Origin: Chthoniobacter flavus
Lineage (GTDB): Bacteria; Verrucomicrobiota; Verrucomicrobiia; Chthoniobacterales; Chthoniobacteraceae
Direction of reading: 5' to 3'
Length of the DNA: 50,366 nucleotides
Assembly (NCBI GenBank): GCA_040392045.1
Contig: JBEBWR010000001.1
Location: forward strand, 1 to 50,366
Shown here: positions 36,016 to 45,023 of the stretch, in pieces
Layout of the letters: every line of letters starts with the position of its first letter
Position numbering within the stretch: the first letter of the stretch is position 1
The notes under the pieces: generated by a model
What the model was told of the DNA's origin: nothing
The model's input: the letters and a program-made list of their open reading frames with translations, nothing else
Database searches by the model: none
Position numbers and translations under genes: made by a program

Positions 36016-37704
36016 ATGCCCACGCCGTCCCCTCAGGAAACCTGCCGCCCGTTCGGTTCTCTCTTTAAGGGCTTGTTGCCGCTGACGATGCTGGGGGCGA
36101 TGCTGGCGATCCCGGCCTGTGGCAAACCGCCCGTGGAAGCCGATTTGGCGGACGCTCCAAAGAAGAGTGCCATATTGGAATCCGCGGGGATGGATCGCAA
36201 AGCCGCCCGGTTTCGCAGTCGTCGGCTGCTATTCAATAACGACGGCAACGATATCATCGTGGATAACACCGGCCCGGTGCGTCGTCCGCAGATGGTGATT
36301 ACCGAGCCGGATGTCCTGCTTGCGCGGAGGATGACGCCTTTGAAAGGAAGTCAGGTGGAAAGCGTTTCCTACTGTACGACGGTAGGGACGTTCGGCGCGT
36401 TTACGCATAAAACCGCCGTCGGGGAAACCTTTACCAAACAAGAGCAGGGCTATCGGTTTAATCCGCTCTCGGAAATGATCAAGCGGGGGACTGACCCCCT
36501 GCGGATCGTTACCGGGTATTGCCGGGAGAATGGGCTGGAAGTTTTCTGGAGCCTCCGGATGAATGATACGCACGATGCGTCGAAGCTTTATCGATCCCTC
36601 TTCTTTTCCCAATTCAAGAAGGATCATCCCGAAGTGCTTTTCGGTACTCCGGAAAATCCCCCGAAGTTCGGATTATGGAGTGCGGTGGATTTTGGCGCTG
36701 CGCCCGTACGGGAGTTTGTGGAGAACGTCATTGCCGAGGTTCTGGAAAACTATGAGGTGGATGGAGTGGAGCTGGATTTCTGGCGGCATCCGATCTTTTT
36801 CAAGCGATCCGGAGAGGGGCTGCCCCTGCGGCAGGAGGAACTGGACGCGATGAGCGATCTGATCCATCGCATTCGCCAAAGACTCGACGAGGCAGGGGCC
36901 CGCAGGGGGAAGGCTCTGCTGCTGGCCATCAAGGTGCCGGATTCCGTCGATTACTGTCGTGCCATCGGGTTGGATATTGAGCATTGGATGAGCCGGGGTT
37001 GGGTGGATCTCCTGATTCCGGGCGGTTACTTCCAGTTGACTCACTGGACGGAAAGCGTCGCACTAGGCAAGCGCTATGGTGTCCCCGTCTACGCCTGCCT
37101 TCCCGAGAGCCGGATTCGGGAGGATCAGGGGCAGAAGGAGCGCTCCACTTTGAACGCTCTCCGGGCGCGGGCACTGGCCGCCTGGGAGGCCGGGGTACAT
37201 GGAATTGCCATGTTCAACCGCTTTGATGTCACTTCTCCCCTCTGGAGGGAGCTTGGCTCTCCCGAGCAGCTGCGCAAGCTTCCGAAAACCTATTTCCTGA
37301 ATGCGCAGGGAGTGCCACGGTTCAACGGTGACTTTCAGCCCTATGTACTGAGCGATGGCTACCGGAAACTCCCGGATCTCTCGCCCAACCATCCGGAGAT
37401 TCTCGCCACCGGAGAATCGCAAACCTATGAAATTTACATCGGCGACGACCTCCGCAACGAGCTGACACTGGAAGCCACATTGCACCTGAGGCTTAAAACC
37501 GGCGCGGATAAGCTTGAGGCAAAATGGGATGGCGCCTCTCTTCCGCTGGTCCCCGCATCGTCTTCATCGGCTCATGCGAAGGTCGATTCTCAACGGGTTA
37601 CACCCGGCCTTCACCGCATAACGCTTTCCCATGCCTCCTCCCCGGCTGGCTCAACCGTGGAGATCAGGGACGTATCGCTTGAGATCACCAAAAGCGATCA
37701 CTAA
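36016..37704 (+). CDS. putative glycoside-hydrolase-like lipoprotein (TIM-barrel, GH-like family)
   Basis: Lipobox ...MLAIPAC. LLFNNDGNDII and YEVDGVELDFWRHP are reminiscent of GH-like (GHL-type) barrels. 562 aa. Confidence 0.5.
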   Translation: MPTPSPQETCRPFGSLFKGLLPLTMLGAMLAIPACGKPPVEADLADAPKKSAILESAGMDRKAARFRSRRLLFNNDGNDIIVDNTGPVRRPQMVITEPDVLLARRMTPLKGSQVESVSYCTTVGTFGAFTHKTAVGETFTKQEQGYRFNPLSEMIKRGTDPLRIVTGYCRENGLEVFWSLRMNDTHDASKLYRSLFFSQFKKDHPEVLFGTPENPPKFGLWSAVDFGAAPVREFVENVIAEVLENYEVDGVELDFWRHPIFFKRSGEGLPLRQEELDAMSDLIHRIRQRLDEAGARRGKALLLAIKVPDSVDYCRAIGLDIEHWMSRGWVDLLIPGGYFQLTHWTESVALGKRYGVPVYACLPESRIREDQGQKERSTLNALRARALAAWEAGVHGIAMFNRFDVTSPLWRELGSPEQLRKLPKTYFLNAQGVPRFNGDFQPYVLSDGYRKLPDLSPNHPEILATGESQTYEIYIGDDLRNELTLEATLHLRLKTGADKLEAKWDGASLPLVPASSSSAHAKVDSQRVTPGLHRITLSHASSPAGSTVEIRDVSLEITKSDH

Positions 37705-37753
37705 CCCCTGACGCCAACCCATGAAATCTGACAGGGATCTTTCCTTTTCTCAA

Positions 37754-37773
37754 TTGACATCTGATATATCAGA
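37754..37773 (+). promoter_or_regulatory. TTGACA -35-like hexamer fused to the perfect 14-nt palindrome TCTGATATATCAGA (candidate GntR operator/promoter)
   Basis: TTGACATCTGATATATCAGA lies 25 nt upstream of the ATG at 37798. It matches the 35980 element at 16 of 20 positions. Confidence 0.5.
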
Positions 37774-37797
37774 ATCCACTATTGCTGCCATTGCTTT

Positions 37798-38571
37798 ATG
37801 AACTGCCTCCCCTCCCTCCACAGCGCATTCACTTTCCCGGGTCTTCGTTCCCGCTCCATTGCATGGGTGTCGGGTCTTTGCTGTGCCGCTCTTTCTTCAA
37901 CGGCGATGGGCGCGCTCATCAGTACCGATGTTGACTTTACGACGGTTTATACCGCTACCGTCGTCCCCAATTCCGCGACTCCGAAGTGGACGCTGAACCT
38001 TAGCCAAGGCAGCGCGTCGGTGGCCGGCGGTGTGCTGGTCATGAATACCCCTCAGTCGAGCGGACGCTATTATTCACTTTCCGAAGAGACCTGGGATGGA
38101 GGAACAGCTACCGGCTCCACGATTGAATTTTCCTTAAAAGTGATTTCGACAGCGGAGGGAGCCACAGCGGGGGCGACGCAGTTCATGTTTTCCACGGGAA
38201 GCAAACTCTATACCTTCAACTTTTCGGAGACCGGGGTGGCCACACAGACGGGAGGCTACAGTGTATCCTATGACACAACTTCGGATTTCACCGTCTACCG
38301 CATCACCTTATCCGAAGGTGGGATTGCCTCCCTTTATGCCAATCACTCTTCCACGCCTTTGATCGCTGATTATTCCGGTTCCGATAACAGCAACAACAAG
38401 ATCTCTTTTGGGGATAGCAGCAACAGCATCGGAGGCATTTCCCATTGGGAATATGTCGCGTTTACCAATCAGGGCAGCTTCGCCCCGATCCCGGAGCCAA
38501 CCTCGGTGAGTCTGCTCGGGGTGACACTCCTTCTGGGCGCGCGGCTTTGTCGGAGGCAGTCGAAGCGCTGA
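37798..38571 (+). CDS. PEP-CTERM-anchored secreted protein with a jelly-roll/lectin-like domain
   Basis: The C-terminus is APIPEPTSVSLLGVTLLLGARLCRRQSKR. It is collinear with the 21847 protein (TWDGG...TIEFSLKVIS...YRITLSEGGIASLY...FGDSSN...HWEYVAF). Confidence 0.8.
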   Translation: MNCLPSLHSAFTFPGLRSRSIAWVSGLCCAALSSTAMGALISTDVDFTTVYTATVVPNSATPKWTLNLSQGSASVAGGVLVMNTPQSSGRYYSLSEETWDGGTATGSTIEFSLKVISTAEGATAGATQFMFSTGSKLYTFNFSETGVATQTGGYSVSYDTTSDFTVYRITLSEGGIASLYANHSSTPLIADYSGSDNSNNKISFGDSSNSIGGISHWEYVAFTNQGSFAPIPEPTSVSLLGVTLLLGARLCRRQSKR

Positions 38572-38657
38572 CGGGGATGTATTCCGTCGCCGGACGTGCT
38601 TAAAGTCGGGCATCCAACCCTTTTCCTGCTCATCTTTACCAGACCCGCCAGAAGCCT

Positions 38658-39383
38658 ATGCGCGCTCTCGTCCCCCAGTGCAGAAAAACCGCGCGCGGAG
38701 CGGCGGCGGCAAGCTTTGTAGAGCTTCTCGTAGCGGTGGCGGTTCTCTCCGTCCTCTTCGCGCTGCTCTATCCGACGTTTCAACGCGCGGCGGCGGCTTC
38801 GAAATCGGTCGCCTGCATGAATCAGCTCCGCCAGATCGGAGCCGCAGCCCATCGCTACATGGCGGAGAACAATCAGATGATCCCGCACCGGGCCAATAGC
38901 GAAGCCAAAGGGTGGATGCATCTCATAGCTCCCTACCTCCATCTCGATCCCGAGACCGACACCCAAGCCGATATTTTTCGCTGTCCCGCAGATCCCTCCA
39001 AAGCCCCGCGTCAACCCAGAACCTATAAATGGAACCTCTCACGCAACAAGCCCGGCGGTTCAGTCTCGGTCGGCAGCTACACGCTTTTGCAACTGCCGAC
39101 GCCCGCCCGGCTTTCCCTGATTTCCAATCCGGCCACTCACGCGATGATCTTCGACATCGCCTACACCGGGTCTTCCCGGTTTGAACTCTGGAAGAATAAT
39201 AACAATGCCTGGGGAGATACTTATGATCTATCAAGCTTTCCCCCCGGAAAGGAGGGCTCTCCCTTTGTCCGTCCGCATCATCACGACCGGGCGGTGAACA
39301 TTCTCTACTACGACGGCCATGTCGGGGTCGGAACCTATCCGCTTCCTCCTGCCTCCTATTACTGGGAGGCGGCTTCCCAATAG
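38658..39383 (+). CDS. prepilin-like H-X9-DG family protein with an atypical N-terminal motif
   Basis: The N-terminus MRALVPQCRKTARGAAAAS|FVELLVAVAVLSVLFALL has Glu at +3 instead of +5. The C-terminus HDRAVNILYYDGH is H-X9-DG. Confidence 0.75.
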   Translation: MRALVPQCRKTARGAAAASFVELLVAVAVLSVLFALLYPTFQRAAAASKSVACMNQLRQIGAAAHRYMAENNQMIPHRANSEAKGWMHLIAPYLHLDPETDTQADIFRCPADPSKAPRQPRTYKWNLSRNKPGGSVSVGSYTLLQLPTPARLSLISNPATHAMIFDIAYTGSSRFELWKNNNNAWGDTYDLSSFPPGKEGSPFVRPHHHDRAVNILYYDGHVGVGTYPLPPASYYWEAASQ

Positions 39384-39411
39384 GGGCCGCCACTGTTTTC
39401 TGCTGATTCTT

Positions 39412-40671
39412 ATGTCTACTGATTCACCTCTCAACGTAGCCGTCATCGGTACCGGCATGCGTGCCACTTCCTATTTCCGCAACGTCCCGGAGTCGCTGCG
39501 CGGGCGCATCCGGCTTTCCGCCGTCTGCGATCCTTCGGAAGCGAACCGTCGTTTCTTTGTGGAGCGATTCGGCGATAGCGCTACGCTTCACTATGCGGAT
39601 GCCCGCGAGTTGTTCGCGGGGGAACCCGCCGGTGCGTTGATCATCGCCAGCCCCAACGATTGCCATCGGGATCACCTCATCGCGGGGCTGGAGTGGAACG
39701 TCCCAATCCTGCTGGAGAAGCCGGTCTGCATCACGCTGGAGGAGTGTCAGTCCATCTGGCGGGCATGGGAGACGTCCCGCAAGCCGGTCGTCGCGGTCGG
39801 GTTTGTGCTGCGTTATACCCCCTTTTACCGGAAGGTTCAGGAAATCGTGCGCTCGGGAGCTTTGGGGCAGATCCTTCAGGTGGACGGAGATGAAATCATC
39901 AGCACCGCATTGACTTCGCTCTTCTTCCGTGACGGGTGGCGGCTGAAGGATGCCTGTACCGGCGGGTTTCTGGTGGAAAAATGCTGTCACGATTTTGACG
40001 TGCTCGGCTGTCTGGCGGACTCGCCGGTCAAGCGGATCAGCTCGTTTGCCGCTCGTACGCACTTTGTCCCCCGGCCCCGCGCGGAACAGAATCCGCGCTT
40101 CGATCCCGAGATCACCCGCAGCCTCGCGCTCGACTATGGAGATGTCGCCATCAAGCGGCATTTCGAATCGGTTACCGATGCTTCCGTCTATAGCGGAAAA
40201 AGCGATGTGCCGGATCATCAGTCGGCCATCGTCGAGTATGAGAACGGCGTGCTGAGCACTCTCACCGTCACGTTCGGCCAGCCGCGACAGACCCGTCTCA
40301 TTCGGATCATGGGGAGCAACGGCCTGCTGACCGGAGACTTTCAGGCCTCCACCATTACTTACGAAGTGGGCCGCGCTTCCTCCTCCTTATGGGATCGGAA
40401 AGAGATCACGGTTCCCCACGACGAAAGCGGACACCAGGGGGGCGACACGCATATCAACCATGCCTTCTGGAACGCCGCTTTCGGTAAGGAGGAAATCATT
40501 CACGCCGGACTCCGCGAAGGGCTGGAGGCGGTGATCACCGCGATCTGCGTGGAGAAAGGCAAGCGTACCGGCAACCCCGTCGATGTCGCGCAAGCGCGCC
40601 GGTTCGTCTTTGACGCTCCGGCTCCCCTCCAGCCGGTATCCGCAAGCCCGGCTTGCGGAGTGACGGGATAG
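39412..40671 (+). CDS. Gfo/Idh/MocA-family NAD(P)-dependent oxidoreductase
   Basis: The ATG at 39412 places the Rossmann motif NVAVIGTGMRATSY at the N-terminus. The conserved EKP motif is present (PILLEKPVC). The track ORF is over-extended to 39319. Confidence 0.85.
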   Translation: MSTDSPLNVAVIGTGMRATSYFRNVPESLRGRIRLSAVCDPSEANRRFFVERFGDSATLHYADARELFAGEPAGALIIASPNDCHRDHLIAGLEWNVPILLEKPVCITLEECQSIWRAWETSRKPVVAVGFVLRYTPFYRKVQEIVRSGALGQILQVDGDEIISTALTSLFFRDGWRLKDACTGGFLVEKCCHDFDVLGCLADSPVKRISSFAARTHFVPRPRAEQNPRFDPEITRSLALDYGDVAIKRHFESVTDASVYSGKSDVPDHQSAIVEYENGVLSTLTVTFGQPRQTRLIRIMGSNGLLTGDFQASTITYEVGRASSSLWDRKEITVPHDESGHQGGDTHINHAFWNAAFGKEEIIHAGLREGLEAVITAICVEKGKRTGNPVDVAQARRFVFDAPAPLQPVSASPACGVTG

Positions 40672-40683
40672 GATCATAGCGTC

Positions 40684-41940
40684 ATGGTTCTCACGATGTT
40701 CCGGCAAGGGCTGCTTTGCCTCCTGCTCCTGTTGCTTCTGCCTGCCTGCCGAAAGGCCAGCCCGCCCCATCTTGTCGTGCTCAGTCCCGGCGGAGCGGCG
40801 GGCAAGGCGGTCGAGCAGATTGTCGAGGAGTTCCGGAGGGAAAACCCCGGCGTGGAGGTTCAGATTGTCAGTACTCCAGGGCGCGACTATTACGTCAAGT
40901 CGCTCACCATGCTGGCAGGCAAAGCCCATGTGGATATCCTGTGGCTCGGGCAGGGCTTCGGTATGTTCGCAGGGCGTCAGGCGCTGCTGGACCTCTCTCC
41001 CCTGATTCAGGATGATCCTGCCTTTTCCTTCCGTCACTACCATCCCGCAGTTGTGGACTGGTATCGATACCGGAATGCCCTCTACAGCCTGCCATACGGG
41101 ATTGACGTTCAGGTCATCGCCTATAACAAAGACCTCTTCGATGCCGCTGGCGTTGCCTACCCCACCCCCGATTGGACGCTTGATGAAATGTTGGAGAAAG
41201 CAAAAGCGCTCACCCGGTATCAGCGGGGAAGAGGTCGTACCGAAGTGGCGGGCCTCGGATTTCTGGATCTCGACTACCGGTACGACGGCCTCTCCCTCCT
41301 GAGCGAAGATCATACCCGATTTGGACTGAACAATGAGGCAGGCAAGGCGTGGATGAATCGGAATCTCGCGCTGATCCATCGGGAGCGGATTCTCCAGCGG
41401 GGATCGGATATGGCCTCCATGGATCGGCTCTCGGCCTTTCTCAACCAGCAGGTCGCCATGATCGAGTTTACCCCGTGGGACGTTCAGGAAACCTATCATC
41501 GCGCCCCCTTCCGGTGGGATATCGTAGCAGTTCCGACCGGGCGGGAAGGGAAACGCAAAGGCTGGGCCTCCAGCGCCGGGTTTGGCATCGCGCGAAACTG
41601 CCGACAGCCCCGGTTGGCGTGGGCTCTGCTCAAAGAGTTGACCGGCCCGGCCTTCCAGCGAGCCATGCTTAAAACCACCATCCCCGCCTCCAGCGCGTTG
41701 CATGGGGAATACCTTGCAGCCAACGCGGCCCCTCCGGAGCACCTCTCCGAATTTCTCAGAATGCTCGACTTCATGGACCCGAATCCCCGCATCACGGCTT
41801 TTACCGAAGTGGAAGCCGAGTGGGTTTACTGGAAAGACCTCGCCCTGCTGCGCAAAGTCTCTGTCGAGGAAGCGCTTTCAGGAGCGGAGTCCGGCATCAA
41901 CCGTATTCTGGAGCTGCATCGAAAGGAGGAGGCGCAGTGA
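40684..41940 (+). CDS. ABC transporter extracellular solute-binding lipoprotein (carbohydrate, CUT1-type)
   Basis: Lipoprotein signal is MVLTMFRQGLLCLLLLLLLPAC. 418 aa. It is followed by two MalF/MalG-type permease genes. Confidence 0.85.
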   Translation: MVLTMFRQGLLCLLLLLLLPACRKASPPHLVVLSPGGAAGKAVEQIVEEFRRENPGVEVQIVSTPGRDYYVKSLTMLAGKAHVDILWLGQGFGMFAGRQALLDLSPLIQDDPAFSFRHYHPAVVDWYRYRNALYSLPYGIDVQVIAYNKDLFDAAGVAYPTPDWTLDEMLEKAKALTRYQRGRGRTEVAGLGFLDLDYRYDGLSLLSEDHTRFGLNNEAGKAWMNRNLALIHRERILQRGSDMASMDRLSAFLNQQVAMIEFTPWDVQETYHRAPFRWDIVAVPTGREGKRKGWASSAGFGIARNCRQPRLAWALLKELTGPAFQRAMLKTTIPASSALHGEYLAANAAPPEHLSEFLRMLDFMDPNPRITAFTEVEAEWVYWKDLALLRKVSVEEALSGAESGINRILELHRKEEAQ

Positions 41941-42836
41941 GAGTCCCGGCATGGATTACCGCCCTCTTTCTCGGGCCCAATGTCCTCGGATTCCTGACCT
42001 TCACGCTGGCGCCTATTGTCGCCTCGCTCGTGTTGGCGTTCTATTCCTGGGATCTCTTCAATGAGCCCCGGTTTGTGGGGCTCGATAATTTTCATAACCT
42101 TGTCGGATTCCAGGCCGGTCCGCAGGGGTGGCAAGCGACCAATCCGCGGTTTTGGCACTACGCGTTCAATACCCTCTTTCTGATGCTCGGGCTGCCCTTC
42201 TCCATTCTGGGCTCCCTGCTGCTCGCCTGCCTGCTGAACCGAAAGCTTTATGGGCGAAACTTCTTCCGGCTCATCTTCTTCCTCCCCTCCATTGTCAGCG
42301 GCGTCGGGGTCTACCTGTTATGGAAGTGGATTTTCCAGCCGGACTTCGGATTGATCAACTCCGCCCTGATGCACTTCGGGGTCGTCGGGCCACGCTGGCT
42401 GGAAGCGACCTCGTGGGCCAAGCCGGCGCTCATGATCATGAGCTTCTGGGGAAGCGTCGGCGGAATGAATGTCGTGCTCTATCTGGCCGCTCTTCAGAAT
42501 ATCAGCCCCGAGCTTTATGAGGCCGCGGAAGTCGATGGAGCAAAGCCGTGGCGGAAGTTCTGGCATATCACGTGGCCGATGGTCTCCCCGACGACGTTTT
42601 TCATCCTCATCATGGGCATCATCCACGGCTTTCAAGGCGGATTCGACGCTGCCTATGTCATGACTCGGGGCGGCCCGGCGGGGGCTACCACGACCCTGAG
42701 CTACTTTATTTATGAGACCGGCTTTCAGTTTTTCTACATGGGCCGCGCCTCCGCCGCGAGCTGGCTCCTCTTTCTGATGGTCATGGTTTTTACCTGGCTG
42801 AACTGGAGGTTTGCCAGCCGACAGGTCCATTACTAA
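41937..42836 (+). CDS. carbohydrate ABC transporter permease (MalF/UgpA-like)
   Basis: The GTG at 41937 overlaps the upstream stop as GTGA, with AAGGAGGAGG 5-14 nt upstream. EAA loop is YEAAEVDGAKPWRKFWHITWPMVSP. The track ORF is over-extended to 41820. Confidence 0.8.
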   Translation: MRVPAWITALFLGPNVLGFLTFTLAPIVASLVLAFYSWDLFNEPRFVGLDNFHNLVGFQAGPQGWQATNPRFWHYAFNTLFLMLGLPFSILGSLLLACLLNRKLYGRNFFRLIFFLPSIVSGVGVYLLWKWIFQPDFGLINSALMHFGVVGPRWLEATSWAKPALMIMSFWGSVGGMNVVLYLAALQNISPELYEAAEVDGAKPWRKFWHITWPMVSPTTFFILIMGIIHGFQGGFDAAYVMTRGGPAGATTTLSYFIYETGFQFFYMGRASAASWLLFLMVMVFTWLNWRFASRQVHY

Positions 42837-42849
42837 TTACCTCCCTGAC

Positions 42850-43764
42850 ATGCCACTGGAACGCCGCCTCCGCGACATCAAAGATCCCCTGACCCGTAGC
42901 CGCGAGGCCGGAAAGCGCACGCTGCTCTGGCTCTTCCTGCTGCTCGTCGGGATCACCATGACTTACCCCCTGCTCTGGATGCTGGGTACCTCGGTGAAGA
43001 CCACCGATCCCGCCCTCCTGCTCGCGGAGGGGAGCCGCTCAAGCATCTTCCCGGTCGGAGGGAGCATCCTGCAAGACCTCTTTCCCGCCGTATGGCATTG
43101 GGAAAACTATCGGCTCGTTTTTCAGGAGATTCCCTACGCCCGGTATTTCTTCAATAGCGTATTCATCGCGTTGTCTGTAACGGTCGGCCAGATCGTCGCC
43201 TGCTCCATGGCGGCCTATGCTTTCAGCCGGTTTGAGTTCCGCTGGAGAGACAAGCTCTTCTTCTGCTACCTCGCTACCCTCATGGTGCCATCCACCGTGA
43301 CGCTGATTCCCACCTTCATCCTGTTAAGCCGGTTCGGCCTGATCGACACCTATTTCGCCCTCATTGCCCCCGCGATCTTCAGCGCCTACGGCACGTTCAT
43401 GCTGCGGCAGTTCTTCATGGGCATCCCCCGCGAGCTCGAAGAGGCCGCCGTCATTGACGGCTGCGGGCCGATCGCCATCTTTCGCCACGTCATCCTCCCG
43501 CTCTCCGGTCCGGCGTTGGCAACGCTCGGGATCTTCTGCTTCCTCGCGAACTGGCAGAATCTCCTGGGTCCGCTGGTGAAGATCAATAGCGACAACCTTA
43601 AACCCCTGCCGCTGGGGTTGCTCAATTTCGTGGACCTCAATACCGCCAACTGGCCGCTGCTCATGGCCGCGAGCCTTATCTCCATCGCTCCTGTGATCGT
43701 CATCTTCCTCCTCGGCCAGCGATTCTTCGTCTCCGGCGTCCGGCTCGGCGGCGTGAAAGGATAA
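42850..43764 (+). CDS. carbohydrate ABC transporter permease (MalG/UgpE-like)
   Basis: The start is the ATG at 42850 (MPLERRL...). EAA loop is LEEAAVIDGCGPIAIFRHVILPLSGPAL. It has six hydrophobic segments. Confidence 0.85.
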   Translation: MPLERRLRDIKDPLTRSREAGKRTLLWLFLLLVGITMTYPLLWMLGTSVKTTDPALLLAEGSRSSIFPVGGSILQDLFPAVWHWENYRLVFQEIPYARYFFNSVFIALSVTVGQIVACSMAAYAFSRFEFRWRDKLFFCYLATLMVPSTVTLIPTFILLSRFGLIDTYFALIAPAIFSAYGTFMLRQFFMGIPRELEEAAVIDGCGPIAIFRHVILPLSGPALATLGIFCFLANWQNLLGPLVKINSDNLKPLPLGLLNFVDLNTANWPLLMAASLISIAPVIVIFLLGQRFFVSGVRLGGVKG

Positions 43765-43772
43765 GAGGAAAG

Positions 43773-45023
43773 CTACAGATGCACCTTGGCGAGAAAGATA
43801 CTGTTGTCGCTGCCTGATAGTTCGCAAAGCCCGCAGCGCCCTGGCAAGGCTGCCAGCGCGCGAAGATCGGCGGTTGGAAAGCGCTCTTCCAGCGCGGACC
43901 AGACCTCCGCGTTCCATTCGCCCGCATTTTCCATCCATTCAGAGACGCAGATGAGCGCCGCGTCATCAGAGTACGGTGTCACGCCGAAGTTCCCGAGCTG
44001 CGCTCCCCGCTCGGGGATCACCTCCTGCTCGCTGGCCTTGATCAGAACGCCCCGCTGCTGGTCGACCTCCGCCATCCAGAGCGGCGCCCGGTAGCGTACC
44101 ACGTGGGCATTCTGCCCGCTCCGCCGCGTATAGACCAGAAAGAGACGATCCGCGAGCCGCATCCAGTGCGCCTGCGTGTCGTACGACTCCAGCATCGTAC
44201 CGTCATCAAAACGCCAGAGCGTCGGCGCGTCGAAATGGAGTCCGTCCGAAGACGTGGCATAGTAAGCGCCGCCCCCATTGCGCAGGGTCATCCAGTAGCG
44301 GTCGGCTCCCCGGATCAGCGACGGTTCTCCCAATCCACGATGACTGGCCATGCTCAGCGTATTGCCCAGTTCCTTCAGCCGCAACTGCTCTCCGTCAAAT
44401 CCGCAGGCCATCACGAGCACTTCCGTCCGCAACTGGTCCGGCGTCCCATGCCGGTCAGACCGGAAATAGATCGGCACGAGCAGATCTCCATCCTCCTTTT
44501 CCTCCCACTGGATGCTTCCCGTCCCCGAGGAGAAGAAGCGCTTCGGGTCCGGCATCTCCAGCGCCTGCGCATCGCTCCAGTGATCGCGGCCCGGCTTCAG
44601 GACCGACCAGACCGTCTCCCGTCGGCGGGGTACCGGTGCGAGCGCCTCCCCGCGATAGCGGCAGGTATGCCCCAGTCCGAGGATGCGGCCCGTGGCGGAG
44701 TGCCACTGGGGCGTAAAGTCCGAGATGACCACGCGCAACTCCCCTTCGCTCCACGGAGCCAACCCGCGCTGAGGTTCGGGAGCCGTCCAGCTCTCGCCAC
44801 CGTCATTGCTGATCATCATGTGCAGTCCGCCGAAGACGTCCCATGTCGACTCGTCGCGCCCCATCTTATTTCCCTGAAGCGTGATCAGCTGACGTGCGCA
44901 TTCGGGGATCGAGTGATCGATCACTGCTCTCGCATGCACCCAACATGATCTCCGGTCATACCCCTTTTGAACCACCCTGCGCTCCACGCTCGGAGCGCAC
45001 TCAGTAACCTCGATTGGCGTCAT
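43773..45023 (-). CDS. BNR/Asp-box beta-propeller protein (sialidase-fold glycosidase-like), no signal peptide
   Basis: A canonical Asp-box SNDGGESW is present. It is collinear with the 26998 protein (for example YTRRSGQNAHVVRYRAPLWMAEVD versus YTRKSGDNAHVYCHRAPLFMAEVD). The ATG at 45023 overlaps the upstream gene by 23 nt. The track ORF extends to 45134. Confidence 0.6.
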   Translation of the reverse strand: MTPIEVTECAPSVERRVVQKGYDRRSCWVHARAVIDHSIPECARQLITLQGNKMGRDESTWDVFGGLHMMISNDGGESWTAPEPQRGLAPWSEGELRVVISDFTPQWHSATGRILGLGHTCRYRGEALAPVPRRRETVWSVLKPGRDHWSDAQALEMPDPKRFFSSGTGSIQWEEKEDGDLLVPIYFRSDRHGTPDQLRTEVLVMACGFDGEQLRLKELGNTLSMASHRGLGEPSLIRGADRYWMTLRNGGGAYYATSSDGLHFDAPTLWRFDDGTMLESYDTQAHWMRLADRLFLVYTRRSGQNAHVVRYRAPLWMAEVDQQRGVLIKASEQEVIPERGAQLGNFGVTPYSDDAALICVSEWMENAGEWNAEVWSALEERFPTADLRALAALPGRCGLCELSGSDNSIFLAKVHL

